Below, piece by piece: positions 30,370 through 41,100 of a DNA stretch of 64,000 nucleotides. The translations under genes and the position numbers were made by a program. The notes under the pieces are model-generated. The model was not told the DNA's origin and did no database searches. It worked only from the letters and a program-made list of their open reading frames with translations. The first letter of the stretch is position 1. Each line of letters begins with the position of its first letter. Origin of the DNA: Nitrospiraceae bacterium (lineage in GTDB: Bacteria; Nitrospirota; Nitrospiria; Nitrospirales; Nitrospiraceae); assembly GCA_050246315.1 (NCBI GenBank), contig JBFWWG010000013.1:40366-104365 (forward strand). Reading direction: 5' to 3'.

Positions 30370-30698
30370 GCGGGGTGGTCCCTTGTCAGACTTCCCACCG
30401 CCGTCTGCTGCGTGGAGGAGGCGGTCGTGTGAAGGGTCGCTTCCAGCTCCTGAATACGAGTTTCCTGACTCTTGATCAGCGATTCCAGGCGACGCAGCTC
30501 TTTGGCCCGCCGAAGGCGGGGACCGATGGAGACGAGCAGGGCAAGGAGGGTCCCCAGCAGCATGGCTCCTAAGATAATCAGGACGAGTGAAGCCTGATAG
30601 TCCCACAGCAGAAACTGGACGGTCACGACATCCGTATTTTGCAGTGCGAAGGTCGCGGCGACCAGGAGGAGGATCAGCGCAACAATGAGGGAGGGCAT
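30366..30698 (-). CDS. LapA-domain membrane protein
   Basis: FALQNTDVVTVQFLLW...SLVLIILG..LLG followed by a coiled coil; alternative start 30719. Confidence 0.85.
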   Translation of the reverse strand: MPSLIVALILLLVAATFALQNTDVVTVQFLLWDYQASLVLIILGAMLLGTLLALLVSIGPRLRRAKELRRLESLIKSQETRIQELEATLHTTASSTQQTAVGSLTRDHPA

Positions 30699-30999
30699 GG
30701 GTGGCGTCCTATTTCTCATTTGAGTGGCTCGGGCCCGGCCACAAACTTGTGCCCCTCGTCGTACACGGATGAACAGGAAGCATGCATAACAGGATTCCCG
30801 GGACAGGCCAACGCCATGTCGGTGGATGACGAGGCTGGCTGAACGCGACGTCAGAGGCCCGCAGCATCACGATCTTGAAGATCCACTGGCCGTTCGTTAC
30901 CTTGAGGCTGTACTTCGTCGCTGTGTTGGTGTGGGTTCTGTATAACAGATCCGGTCACGGTGATCCATAGGTTGCCGAGTGGTGAGACGCTGACGATTG

Positions 31000-31890
31000 T
31001 CAGCGGGGGCGGCGTTTTTTTGGCACGGAGGTTGGTGCGATGTCGGCTTGGTCTGGTTGTACAACGGCCAGCACGGCGCGGTTCCAGCCGGCAGGGCCGA
31101 TTCCCTCTGCCCTGAGAAGATTTGACAATTGAATGTTTGGGTCGTAGGACCCGTCCGACCGCGCGATGAGTACGGGGTGATCGACAACCCGCAACATCGG
31201 CAGGTCGTTCACGCTGTCGCCCAACGCAACCGACATGAGGCCCTGTGACGTTTCCGGCCGCTGACGGCGGTATCGTTCGATGAGATGCAGACAAGCTCGA
31301 CCTTTGTCGCTGTCTCCCATCAAGTGGTGGAATCGACCTCCATGCGTCACCGTTAGGCCGCGATCTCGAGCCTCCCGCTGAACCTCCGTCACCAAACTGC
31401 CTGGTCCCTCGATCAAGAACGGTTCGTCGTATTCTCGTTGCCGTGCGAGATGCACCTCCGCTTCACAGAGCCCCGTCCGTTCGGCGATTTCTTCCACCGA
31501 CATATCTCCAAATCCCCTGAGTTGCACGCCGACCGCCTGTTCTAGCTCGCGCAGAGCCTGTCGCAAAAGGGCATAAGGCGTTCCGAGTTCGATGACTTCA
31601 TAGTCGTCTCGCTGGACGGCCTCATCCGGGGAGATGGAGAAATAGCCTTCCGGGGAAAAGACGGCTCCGCCGTTTTCGCTCACGAAGGGATGGGGGAGCT
31701 GTAATTGCGATCGAATCGCTTCCAACTCGGCTCTGGTCTTGCTGGACACCAGCACCAGGGGGATGTGGCGCGCCTGCAAAGTCGCCAGGGCCTCCCGAGC
31801 CGGTTCCCATGAATAGGTGATCCCGTCGAGCAGACAGCCGTCAAGGTCAGTGAAAACGACGACAGGAGGAGGATCCGTCGAAGCGCTCAT
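31000..31890 (-). CDS. mpgP: Mannosyl/glucosyl-3-phosphoglycerate phosphatase (HAD-IIB)
   Basis: VFTDLDGCLL, SSKTRAE, PFVSENGG, ARQREYDEPF, GGRFHH, DKGRA, LGDSVNDLPML. Confidence 0.88.
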   Translation of the reverse strand: MSASTDPPPVVVFTDLDGCLLDGITYSWEPAREALATLQARHIPLVLVSSKTRAELEAIRSQLQLPHPFVSENGGAVFSPEGYFSISPDEAVQRDDYEVIELGTPYALLRQALRELEQAVGVQLRGFGDMSVEEIAERTGLCEAEVHLARQREYDEPFLIEGPGSLVTEVQREARDRGLTVTHGGRFHHLMGDSDKGRACLHLIERYRRQRPETSQGLMSVALGDSVNDLPMLRVVDHPVLIARSDGSYDPNIQLSNLLRAEGIGPAGWNRAVLAVVQPDQADIAPTSVPKKRRPR

Positions 31891-31935
31891 CCTGGAGACT
31901 ACGTTACTGAAACCATCGGTTCTCCGCAAGTCCGG

Positions 31936-34900
31936 TCACAGATTCATGCTGGATGACGAAGACATCGTCTCGTCGGGCCGGGCATCCGATCGTAGGATCT
32001 CGGGAGAAGGAAGGGCGGCGGGCGTGGCGCGTAGGATCGGGTCCTCAAACCAACGGAACAGAGCCGGAAGCACGACCAAGGTGAGGAGCGTCGAACTGAG
32101 TACGCCACCGATTACGACGATGGCCAGCGGACGCTGCACTTCCGCTCCGATGCCCCGGGCGAAGGCCAACGGGAGCAGACCCAGGAGCGTTGTCAGCGCG
32201 GTCATGATCACAGGACGGAGCCGATGCAGGCAGCCGGTGGTCACCGCTTCCTCATGGGAGAAGCCCCGCTGCCGGAGCTCGTGAATGTGGGACACGAGCA
32301 CGATCCCGTTGCCGACCGCCACGCCGAAGAGATCGATGAAGCCCAGCGAGGCTGGGACGCTGATGTACTCCCCTGTCACCCACAGGGCAAGGACGCCGCC
32401 GATCAGCGCCAGCGGGACGTTCAGGATGATCAGCGCGGCATACCGGAGAGAGGTGAGCGACGAGAAGAGCAGGAGAAAGATCAGTGCGATTGTGACGGGC
32501 ACAACAATCAGCAGGCGGTCCATCGCGCGCTGCATGTTTTCAAAGGCTCCGCCCCAGGTGAGGCGGTACCCGTTCGGAAGATCGACTTCCACGAAGATCC
32601 TCTGCTGCGCCTCTGCGACGACGCTCGCGACGTCGCGATTTGTGATGTTGAACCCGATTGCGATTCGACGTCGCAGGTCCTCCCGGCTGATGAGCGCCGG
32701 TCCTTCCTTCAACTCAATGGCCGCGAGGTCACTCAAGGGGATGGGGACTCCATGAGGATCCCGAACCAGGATGTTGCCGATCGCCGCCGGGGTCGATCGA
32801 GCTCGGGGAGGAAACCGCAAGACGAGATCGAATCGGCGTTCCCCTTCGTAGACCTGTGTGGCCGGCATGCCGCCGACAGCCGTGGCGATCAGCGTCTGCA
32901 CATCGGCGACGTTGATGCCATGTCGGGCGATCTTCGATCGGTCGATGGAGACCGTGAGGTACGATTGCCCGAACAGTTGCTCCATTTTCACGTCCTGGAT
33001 GCCGTCGATCGTCTTCAGGATCGATACCACCTGCTCAGCTTTGTCTTTCAGTAGGGCGAGGTCTTCACCGAAGATTTTTACGGCGACTTCCGTCCGAATG
33101 CCGGAGATCAGTTCGTCCACGCGCTCCTGAATCGGCTGGCTCATGAGCAGGGCGATGCCGGGGATGTCGGCCAGGCGCTGCCGCATGAGGGCGATCAGTC
33201 CGTCCTTGCTCGCAGCCGAAGTCCATGATGACTGGGGGGTCAAGGTGACTACCGGATCGCTCTCGTTGGGCTCCTCCGGAGTCGTCGCAATCTCGGATCG
33301 GCCGATCTTGCTGACGATGCTCTGCACTTCGGGGAATGAGCCGAGCGCCGCATGAACTTGCCGCTCGAGCTCGATGGAGTGAGAGAGGGAGACGCTGGGA
33401 TGTCGAATGATCTGAGGGGTCAGCGCACCCTCGAAGAGAATTGGGACAAACTCTCGTCCGAGAAATGGAATCAGGGTCAGCGTGATGAGAAACAGCGCGA
33501 CCGCAATGCTCAAGACCGCCATCCGCTTCGACAGCGCCCACCGCAAGACGGGCAGGTAGCGTGCTTTGAGCCATCGGAGCATGGCCATGTCCTCCTGATA
33601 GCCGGTCTTGAGAACCAACGAACACAGGACCGGGGTCAAGGTCAGCGACAAGACCAGCGACACGAGCAGCGAGATGACCATCGTATAGGCCAGAGGCTGG
33701 AACATCTTGCCCTCCATGCCGTGGAGGGTCAGGAGCGGCAGGAACACGACGAGCAGAATCAGGATACTGAAGGAGATCGGCCGCGCGACTTCCCCGGCTG
33801 CCTCGAAGACGATGCTCAACCGATCACGCGCTGACGCGGTCCGTTCGGTGAGATATCGATGGGCATTTTCGACCACGACGATGGAGCCGTCCGCGATCTC
33901 CCCGATGGCGATGGCCATCCCGCCCAGCGTCATGAGATTGGCGCTCAGGCCGACATGGTCCATGATGATGAAGCTGACGAGCGGGGTGAGAAAGAGAATG
34001 CCGGTCACGATGACCGCAGCTCGGAAGTTGCCGAGGAACGGGATCGACATCAGCAGGAGGAGTCCGATGCCTTCCACCAACGCATCGTACACGGTTCGAA
34101 GGGCGGCGGTGATCAGGCCAATGCGATCGTAGAACGGGATGATCCGAATCCCGTCAGGAAGCAGCCCTTTGCGATGGATCTCGTCCACCCGTGCCTTGAC
34201 GCCGGTCACCACTTCGCGCGCGTTGGAACCCCGCAGCATGAGGACGATGCCGGCCACGACTTCCTGTCCGTTGAGGAGCGCGGCGCCGTGCCGGACGGCA
34301 TGCCCGATCTGCACGGCCGCAATGTCACGGACCAAGATCGGAGTGCCGTGTTCCTCTTTGACAACGATATTCTCGAGGTCCGTGAGTGTCCGGATCAGTC
34401 CGATGCCACGGACGATGAACTTTTCCTCATGCCGTTCCAGGATGTTGCCGCCGGTATTTTGGTTGTTCTTGGAGACGGCGTCGAAGATGTCCTGGAGGGC
34501 CAGGTTGTATTTCCTGAGCCGATCGGGGTCTACGATCACCTGATACTGTTTGACGAACCCACCCAGGGAATTGATCTCGATCACGCCGGGCTGGCCTTTG
34601 AGAAGGGGGCGGATCACCCAGTCCTGGACCGTGCGCATCGCCCTCAGTTGTTCTGTTCGCGCATCCGGATGGTCGCCTGGGTCCGGGCCGTCGAGGTAGT
34701 ACTGGTAGACCTCGCCGAGTCCCGTGGTAACGGGCACCATGACGGGTTCGATACCAGCCGGGAGCCGGCCCTTCACCTCGATCAATCGCTCCAATACCAC
34801 TTGGCGGGCGAAGTAGACGTCGATGTCGTCCTCGAAGACCGCTGTAAGCTGAGCCAGTCCGAACTTGGACATGGATCGGATTTCCATGAGCCCCGGGAGC

Positions 34901-35124
34901 CCAGTGAGCTGGATTTCAATCGGGATGGTGACGAATCGTTCGACGTCCGCGGGCGATTGTCCAGGGACTTGGACTGCCACCTGCACTTGTACATTCGTCA
35001 CGTCGGGGAAGGCATCGATCGGGATCCTCTGAAACGCGTGGAGTCCCCAGGCCGCGAGGAAACAGGCAAGCCCGATGATCAGCAGACGTTGACGAAGCGA
35101 AAACGTGAGGATCGCGGCGATCAC
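31936..35124 (-). CDS. czcA: Second heavy-metal efflux RND permease (CzcA/CusA family)
   Basis: IDAFPDVTN, TGLGEVYQY, AIGEIADGSIVVVEN, EGKMFQPLA, RLRPVIMTA. Confidence 0.92.
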   Translation of the reverse strand: MIAAILTFSLRQRLLIIGLACFLAAWGLHAFQRIPIDAFPDVTNVQVQVAVQVPGQSPADVERFVTIPIEIQLTGLPGLMEIRSMSKFGLAQLTAVFEDDIDVYFARQVVLERLIEVKGRLPAGIEPVMVPVTTGLGEVYQYYLDGPDPGDHPDARTEQLRAMRTVQDWVIRPLLKGQPGVIEINSLGGFVKQYQVIVDPDRLRKYNLALQDIFDAVSKNNQNTGGNILERHEEKFIVRGIGLIRTLTDLENIVVKEEHGTPILVRDIAAVQIGHAVRHGAALLNGQEVVAGIVLMLRGSNAREVVTGVKARVDEIHRKGLLPDGIRIIPFYDRIGLITAALRTVYDALVEGIGLLLLMSIPFLGNFRAAVIVTGILFLTPLVSFIIMDHVGLSANLMTLGGMAIAIGEIADGSIVVVENAHRYLTERTASARDRLSIVFEAAGEVARPISFSILILLVVFLPLLTLHGMEGKMFQPLAYTMVISLLVSLVLSLTLTPVLCSLVLKTGYQEDMAMLRWLKARYLPVLRWALSKRMAVLSIAVALFLITLTLIPFLGREFVPILFEGALTPQIIRHPSVSLSHSIELERQVHAALGSFPEVQSIVSKIGRSEIATTPEEPNESDPVVTLTPQSSWTSAASKDGLIALMRQRLADIPGIALLMSQPIQERVDELISGIRTEVAVKIFGEDLALLKDKAEQVVSILKTIDGIQDVKMEQLFGQSYLTVSIDRSKIARHGINVADVQTLIATAVGGMPATQVYEGERRFDLVLRFPPRARSTPAAIGNILVRDPHGVPIPLSDLAAIELKEGPALISREDLRRRIAIGFNITNRDVASVVAEAQQRIFVEVDLPNGYRLTWGGAFENMQRAMDRLLIVVPVTIALIFLLLFSSLTSLRYAALIILNVPLALIGGVLALWVTGEYISVPASLGFIDLFGVAVGNGIVLVSHIHELRQRGFSHEEAVTTGCLHRLRPVIMTALTTLLGLLPLAFARGIGAEVQRPLAIVVIGGVLSSTLLTLVVLPALFRWFEDPILRATPAALPSPEILRSDARPDETMSSSSSMNL

Positions 35125-36392
35125 TGTATGACCATGGGATGTTGACGAGCCGCCAATTCTGATTTCAGACGAAAGGCGCCCTCCACAACGACCGGGTCTC
35201 CCGCGCGCAGCCCGGTGAGTACTTTCACCAGTCCATCGGTTTCTTCTCCAAGGGTGACCGGACGCCGTTCGAAGGCATGGTCCTCAACTTGAATGAAAAC
35301 GATGCTCTCCCCACGGTCGTGCACCACGGCGGTGGCTGGGATCGTAAGGATGTCGGGTTCCGGGTTTGTCCAGAGCCGGACTTTGGCGAACATCTCGGGC
35401 CTGAGTCGCTTGTGTGGGTTCGTGACCACCACCCGGAGACGAACGGTACGCGTGGCGGGATCCAAGACGTCGCTGATATAGCCGATATGCCCCTCGAACG
35501 ATTCCCCAGGGTAGGCCGTGATCTCCACCTCGACTTTTTGGTCCGCCTGTACGAAAGCGATGTCCTTCTCTGGAATATGGGCGATGACCCAAATATTGGA
35601 GAGATCCGCGATGGTGAAAAGCTGATCGGTCATCTCGACGACCTCACCTCGGACGATGTTCCGCGCGATAATGCGGCCGGCGAACGGCGCGCGGATGAAG
35701 ACGGTCGAGCGGATGGTTTCGTCGCGGCGCAGCCGGGCGATCTCATTTTCCTGCATGCCGAGGAGACGGAGCCGGTCGTGAGCCTCCCGCAATTCCGACC
35801 GGGCAGTGAGCCGCTCCCCTTCGCGCCGCTGATACTCGGCCTGTCCGATCACCTTCTCTTCCAACAACACCGTGGCCCGCTGAAAGGCGCGCTCGGCCAC
35901 CGTCATTTTCGCGTGGGCTCTGAGGTAGCTTGCCTGGGACAGTCCCAACTCACTGCTCTGCAAAGTGGCCAGCAATGCCCCGGCCCCGACATCTTGGCCG
36001 AAGTCCACTAGGACTTCGTCGGCCCTGCCTCGTACCAGGGTCGTGATCTCCGCCATCCGGTTGGCATCCGCCTGGATTGTGGCAGGAAACTCGCGAGAGA
36101 CCCGAAAGTCGCGGGTGGTCACCGGGGCGATTCGCAGCGCAGCCTTCGCGGCAGTTTCAGGCGTCAACCGCAAGAGATTCGTCGGTGGATCAGGTGTCCG
36201 TGTCTTGTCGCCGGATGCTTCTTGAGGAGGGCCATCACAGGCAGCCGTCAAGAAGATAGCGCAGAAAATGGTTATGAGTGACCATTTGCAACCCTGCTCT
36301 CCCTGATTCATGCTCAAAGAGACTCGGGTTGCATTGAAACCGGTTGCCCAAAGGCGTGGAAAAAGTGGATAGAGGGCACGGCCGATAATCAT
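35121..36392 (-). CDS. czcB: Second RND periplasmic adaptor (start uncertain; 36311 possible)
   Basis: Lipobox-like TAAC, IRAPFAGRI, LFTIADLSNIWV, LDPATRTV, LRPEMFA; ATGA overlap with the permease. Confidence 0.88.
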   Translation of the reverse strand: MIIGRALYPLFPRLWATGFNATRVSLSMNQGEQGCKWSLITIFCAIFLTAACDGPPQEASGDKTRTPDPPTNLLRLTPETAAKAALRIAPVTTRDFRVSREFPATIQADANRMAEITTLVRGRADEVLVDFGQDVGAGALLATLQSSELGLSQASYLRAHAKMTVAERAFQRATVLLEEKVIGQAEYQRREGERLTARSELREAHDRLRLLGMQENEIARLRRDETIRSTVFIRAPFAGRIIARNIVRGEVVEMTDQLFTIADLSNIWVIAHIPEKDIAFVQADQKVEVEITAYPGESFEGHIGYISDVLDPATRTVRLRVVVTNPHKRLRPEMFAKVRLWTNPEPDILTIPATAVVHDRGESIVFIQVEDHAFERRPVTLGEETDGLVKVLTGLRAGDPVVVEGAFRLKSELAARQHPMVIQ

Positions 36393-36675
36393 GTCAGGAC
36401 ATTCGGTGGTCTCCTCGTTTTCCGGCTACACAATCAACCATGCTTAGAACAGGAGTCTGGTAAAGAACCCTGTAATTTCTCACATAAATCCACTGGAGAT
36501 CTCAGCAACTCGTATGCCGTAATAAGGTGCTGAATTCTCAGATGATGATCGGTAGGCAAGAGAAGTTCTGCCACCTCTACTGGATTGGCGTTGGGGCAAA
36601 ACGCCACCATCGCAGGTCGCATGCTCGCTCGGCCGCCCAACGGGGGCCGGTGCTCCTGCATGCTACACTTGGCCC

Positions 36676-37170
36676 ATGCCGATCTCGGGAACGTTTTTCA
36701 AACGAGTGACGCTGTGGCTCCTCGCCATCATGGTGCCCGGCGCTGTGTATGGGGCGGAGTTCCGTACGGACGTGTTCCGAGTGATCGACGGTGACACCCT
36801 CGAAATCCGTCATCATGGGCGGTCAGAGCGAGTCCGTGTCGAGGGAATTGATTGTCCCGAGTTAACGCAACCGTATGGGAAGCAGGCAAAACGGGCGGTG
36901 ATGGCGCTGGTTATTGGATCTTCGGTGACCCTGAAAACCTATGGACGAAGCCGGGACGGCTCGGTCCGCGCCGATGTGATCATTGCGAACGGACGCCAAC
37001 TCAGCCAGATCCTGCTGGAGGAAGGCCTAGCCTGGAGGGTCACGACGGTGGATTCCTCCGGAAGTGACTTAGAAGAGGGGGCACGCTATGCCAAACGAGG
37101 CCTCTGGGCCGATCCCGATCCGACTCCTCCCTGGAAGTTTCGAGCTGCGCAGGTTCGAAAGCGCCGCTGA
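36676..37170 (+). CDS. Thermonuclease (SNase) family protein, secreted
   Basis: RVIDGDTL, VRVEGIDCPE..QPYG, EGLAW, AKRGLWADPDPTPPWKFR. Confidence 0.9.
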   Translation: MPISGTFFKRVTLWLLAIMVPGAVYGAEFRTDVFRVIDGDTLEIRHHGRSERVRVEGIDCPELTQPYGKQAKRAVMALVIGSSVTLKTYGRSRDGSVRADVIIANGRQLSQILLEEGLAWRVTTVDSSGSDLEEGARYAKRGLWADPDPTPPWKFRAAQVRKRR

Positions 37171-37356
37171 ACGGATCACTGTTCTTGCTCCGTTCGGCGT
37201 TCCTGCGTTTTTGTAGTCCCGGCTTCCCCTCGCACACCGACTCGTTTCTTCCGTCCTCCCAGGATCTGTCAGAACTCGATCCTCATTCCCGGTCACTCCT
37301 CCGGCTTAAGGTGGCAGTCGGGGCGGGTGAGCGCGCGGCCTATGCTACACTTAGCC

Positions 37357-37791
37357 ATGGGCAGATCGTCGATGGATCAACAGGACATTCAGACCAAAGT
37401 CCAGGCCTTCGCGCAACGGCTGCTGATGGAGGCCAAAGGTGACGCAATTCGCGCTCTGGGGTTGCTCGTATTGGTGCTGGATGGCGTTGACACTCAGGAC
37501 GTGAACATGGTGAATCGACTGATCTCGGAGGTTCGCAGGATCCTGATGCCATCTTCCTCCTCTCCGACCGTATTGCAACCTTCTGAAGAGGAGCCGCCGA
37601 TCCAGCACCTGGCGGGAGATCTTTCGTGGGAAGGGATTCAGCATTGCATACGATGCGGGAAGGTGCTCGTCCGCGACGGGCAGAGGCATGGCGGCGGTCT
37701 ACCCCCCGGGTATGTATACCAAGTTGGTACCCACTATCGAGTCGAAGACTTTGTCGATTTCAGATCCTGCAAAGATGTGCTGCCCTTTTAG
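37357..37791 (+). CDS. Hypothetical protein with C-terminal CxxC
   Basis: Clean ORF behind an extended -10 element; QHCIRCGK motif. Confidence 0.6.
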   Translation: MGRSSMDQQDIQTKVQAFAQRLLMEAKGDAIRALGLLVLVLDGVDTQDVNMVNRLISEVRRILMPSSSSPTVLQPSEEEPPIQHLAGDLSWEGIQHCIRCGKVLVRDGQRHGGGLPPGYVYQVGTHYRVEDFVDFRSCKDVLPF

Positions 37792-38007
37792 AAGCCCGTT
37801 CTTCAAACAGTGAACCCACCTCCGATTCCTCTTCGACTTGGCATCCTGATCACGGATGAACTTGTCCCGATCAAAATCGCACAGCAGGATGGCCGTATCT
37901 TCGTGATCGGATGCTAACCATTTGTTTTTCCTAATTTTGCAAGCAGTGAGTTTAACAAAATGAGGGCACTTCCCTTGCAAGGCTCGGGTGGTCCCCTTCC
38001 GACTCAT
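37699..38007 (-). CDS. Possible small hypothetical protein
   Basis: ATG preceded by GAGAGATGG; AT-richer, and overlaps the neighbouring gene by ~90 nt. Confidence 0.25.
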   Translation of the reverse strand: MSRKGTTRALQGKCPHFVKLTACKIRKNKWLASDHEDTAILLCDFDRDKFIRDQDAKSKRNRRWVHCLKNGLLKGQHIFAGSEIDKVFDSIVGTNLVYIPGG

Positions 38008-38104
38008 CCATCTCTCAACCTCTCAACCCCAAGGCGATCCCGGTATGCAGGCCAAGCGGGCTCGAAGCAGTCTCGTCCCTCTGGCGCTCTGCTAAGGTTG
38101 TACA

Positions 38105-41100
38105 GTGCGTGGTGATCGACGGTCCCCAACTCGGTCTGATAAGAAGGCTCCGGCCCGCGCTCATAAGCGAAGCCAGGGATCCGGCCCATCATCCTCCAAG
38201 AAATCCGCCCTTCTCGAAGAAGCGATCACCCACATGAATGCCGGCCGCTATGGCCGATCGTCTTCCGTACTCAAGGAGTTGCTGACGATTGACCCCGCTA
38301 ATCCGGAGGCGAAGCGGCTCTTCGCCACGCTACAGCTTCGGTTGGGGAGCCTGGTGACCGCCAGAAATGCTTTTCAGGCGTTGACGGATGAAGCGTTGGA
38401 ACGACAGGACTATTGGCTTGCGGAGTCCTTATTAAGAGAATATTTGGTCGCCGGCCCCCGCTGCGTGCCGTTTGTGGAAAAGCTCGGTTCCGTCTTTGAA
38501 CTCAAGGGCGATTTGGATGCCGCTGTAGAAGAGTATGTCAAGGCGGTCGAGATCCTCGTCGAAGATCCCGATTCGGAACAGCCCGATTTTGCGGCTCGCT
38601 TGGTGACGAAGATTGCCCAACTGTCCCCGCACAATCCGGTTCTGCTTCATTTGGAGTCCCTTTTGCGACAGGCGAAGGAACATCCGCGCGACGAGATGCC
38701 CATGGACGAGGACGGCACCCGGCCACGGTTGGCGCCGGGCCTGTCGGGTCTCGATCAACCGGCTACAGATGTCGAGTTTCGCATTCCGCCGGCCGAAGCG
38801 TCCTCCGATCACGAACGTGCGCGCCTACCATGGGAGGAGGAGGCCGACGATATTGTCGTGCCGCAGCAGCCGACGGCTGGTCAGGATGCTGGAGCTTCAA
38901 CATCGAGTCAGGATGTTCCTGAGCAACCGGTGCAACTGGTAGGCCTTGGCACGTTGCCGGTCCCGCACGATGTAGAGATTGCGGCGACGCATGCTCTCCT
39001 CTCGTCGGACCGGCCTGCCCCGCCATCGCCGGAGAACACGCTTGCGGTAGCAGAACCGGAAAGCGTTCAGAGGAAGTGGTCTACAGTTCCGATACCCGAG
39101 TCGCCTCTCTCTGCTGACCCAAGGGTTGCGGAGATCGGCCAGGAGGAGGTTCCTCCAGCCTCGTCAATCGGGGATACGGCGCTTATACCTGCTCAATTGA
39201 AAGATGGGGTCGAGCGGCCGGGAGCGCAACTCAATGTCATCCCCGAGCCGGCAGAAATGGGCGAAACGTCTTCGGGGCTCACCGAGTTGAGGCTTCAGGA
39301 AGGACCGACCGACCAGGACCTTTTACCTGGGAGTCGGCCGGAGCCAACTCCGCTCGGCGGTGGATTGACGGCCACCGAAGAATCCCCCTCGGTTGAGATC
39401 CTCTTGCGTCAAGAGAACTCCGAGTCCGATCGACCCAACGAAGCGGTTCCCCCTCCGATGCCCTGGGAACAAGTGCAGGAAATTCGTCTGGAATCGATGC
39501 CGGTTGAGACAGCGGACAGGCTAGTTGTCGAGGAAGTTAACGAAGACCTCATCGCTGGCATCCTGCAACAGATCGACTTGCGAGAGCGCCTTGCCGGTGA
39601 ATTGATGGGAGCCGCGATCCTAGAGGTTCCGGACCACCCGCTTGCATCCGAACCCGCCGCATTGCCGGAGTTGGAACCCGTGTTGGATGTTCCGTCCACG
39701 GTATCGATCGGTAAGAGAGATGAAGCAGAGATAGCGCTCGTGACGCCGCCGGCCGATCCCTTGCCGGATGCGCCTTCAATGCCGTGCGTTACGGAACCAA
39801 AAGAGCCGTTCGACGCGGCACCAGCCTCTGAAATTGTAGCGGAAGGCAGTCCCCCGGCCACCTTGGTGGAGGAAGCATTCGACCGACCAGTCGAGACAAG
39901 CCAGCCTGGGGACATCGCGATACAGTCTGCGTGGCTCGACACAGCCCCGACACTTGCCCTGCCACAGGATACCGATACCGCGGTAGGATCCGCCGCTCAG
40001 ATCGAATCGTCCGAGATTGTCAGAACCCGAGAGGACAGCTCAAGGGAAGAGAATACTTCCGATTCGTCTTGGCCGCTGCCGGAATCCGAAGAGGCGCCAA
40101 CGGCCGGAATGCCTACGTACCCATCCTATCTGGATCAAGCGAGGGTCGTAGCCGATCCTGTAGTCCCCGCTATCCAAGAAGCTGCCGTGAAGGATTCGGA
40201 CTACTCGGGAACAGAAACGCTGCTCGTCGGTGAAACCGTTCCTGAATCACGGATCGGATCGGAACCTCAGTTGATTACCGACTTGGAAGGATCCCCTCCT
40301 GGATATTCAGAACCGGAGATTGTCGAAGCGGCCGATCCCCTGTCTGTTGTCGGAGAGGGCACAGCGGCCTCTCCTGACTTGGCTGATCGCTATGGAAACC
40401 GCTCCGAACACGAGCGTCACCGGCAAGCAGGTGCGTTGGAAATGGGCCCTTCGATCGGACCAGAGGAGCAACTTCCGGAGGCGCCTCCCATTTCTGAATC
40501 ATGGGTTGCGGAACCCGCGACTCCCTTCCAGTGCCGCTTGGTCCCAACGATCGCCGACGAAGCAAGTCGCGAAGAGGGGGCGACCACACAGCCCTGGCCG
40601 GTGCACCTTCGTTCGCGATCGGAATCAGAGCAACCCGCGGGCTCATTCGCTCCATTGGAATCTAGACGGCACGAGGACGAGCCGGTGGCCGCACGTCCTG
40701 CGCCGGTCACAGAACCATCGAGTAACCTCATCGCGACGCTTGAACCTGCGACGGATAGAACGTTGGCCCAGAAGGAGGCCTCGGTCCAGTTCCAAGATTC
40801 ACGAAAACCTTTAGCGACTGTTGGGCTCACGGACTCGACCGTTCGGCCGGCGTCGAGGCCTGTCACGGCGACGCTCTCCCGGTTCTTCTTGCGGGGCGCC
40901 CTTTTCATACGGTCTTGCTTTGCAACCGCCCACGCCGTGGCGGTGACTCTGATCAGTCTCACGCTCCTTTCCATGGGGTGTGCCATTCTCCTGGTCGGGG
41001 GATTGGGACTTGTCTGGTTAGGATTGGAAGAGAAACCGAATTCGGCCTTTCAGGACTTGGTAGCTGCGCGGCCCCAGCTCACCGAAGATCCCAATCGCAA

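Noticed and set aside
36389..36433. Minus-strand 14-codon stretch with RRPP overlapping the second czcB start
   Set aside because: It follows an in-frame stop, has only a TTG start with no SD and no signal peptide; probably chance.
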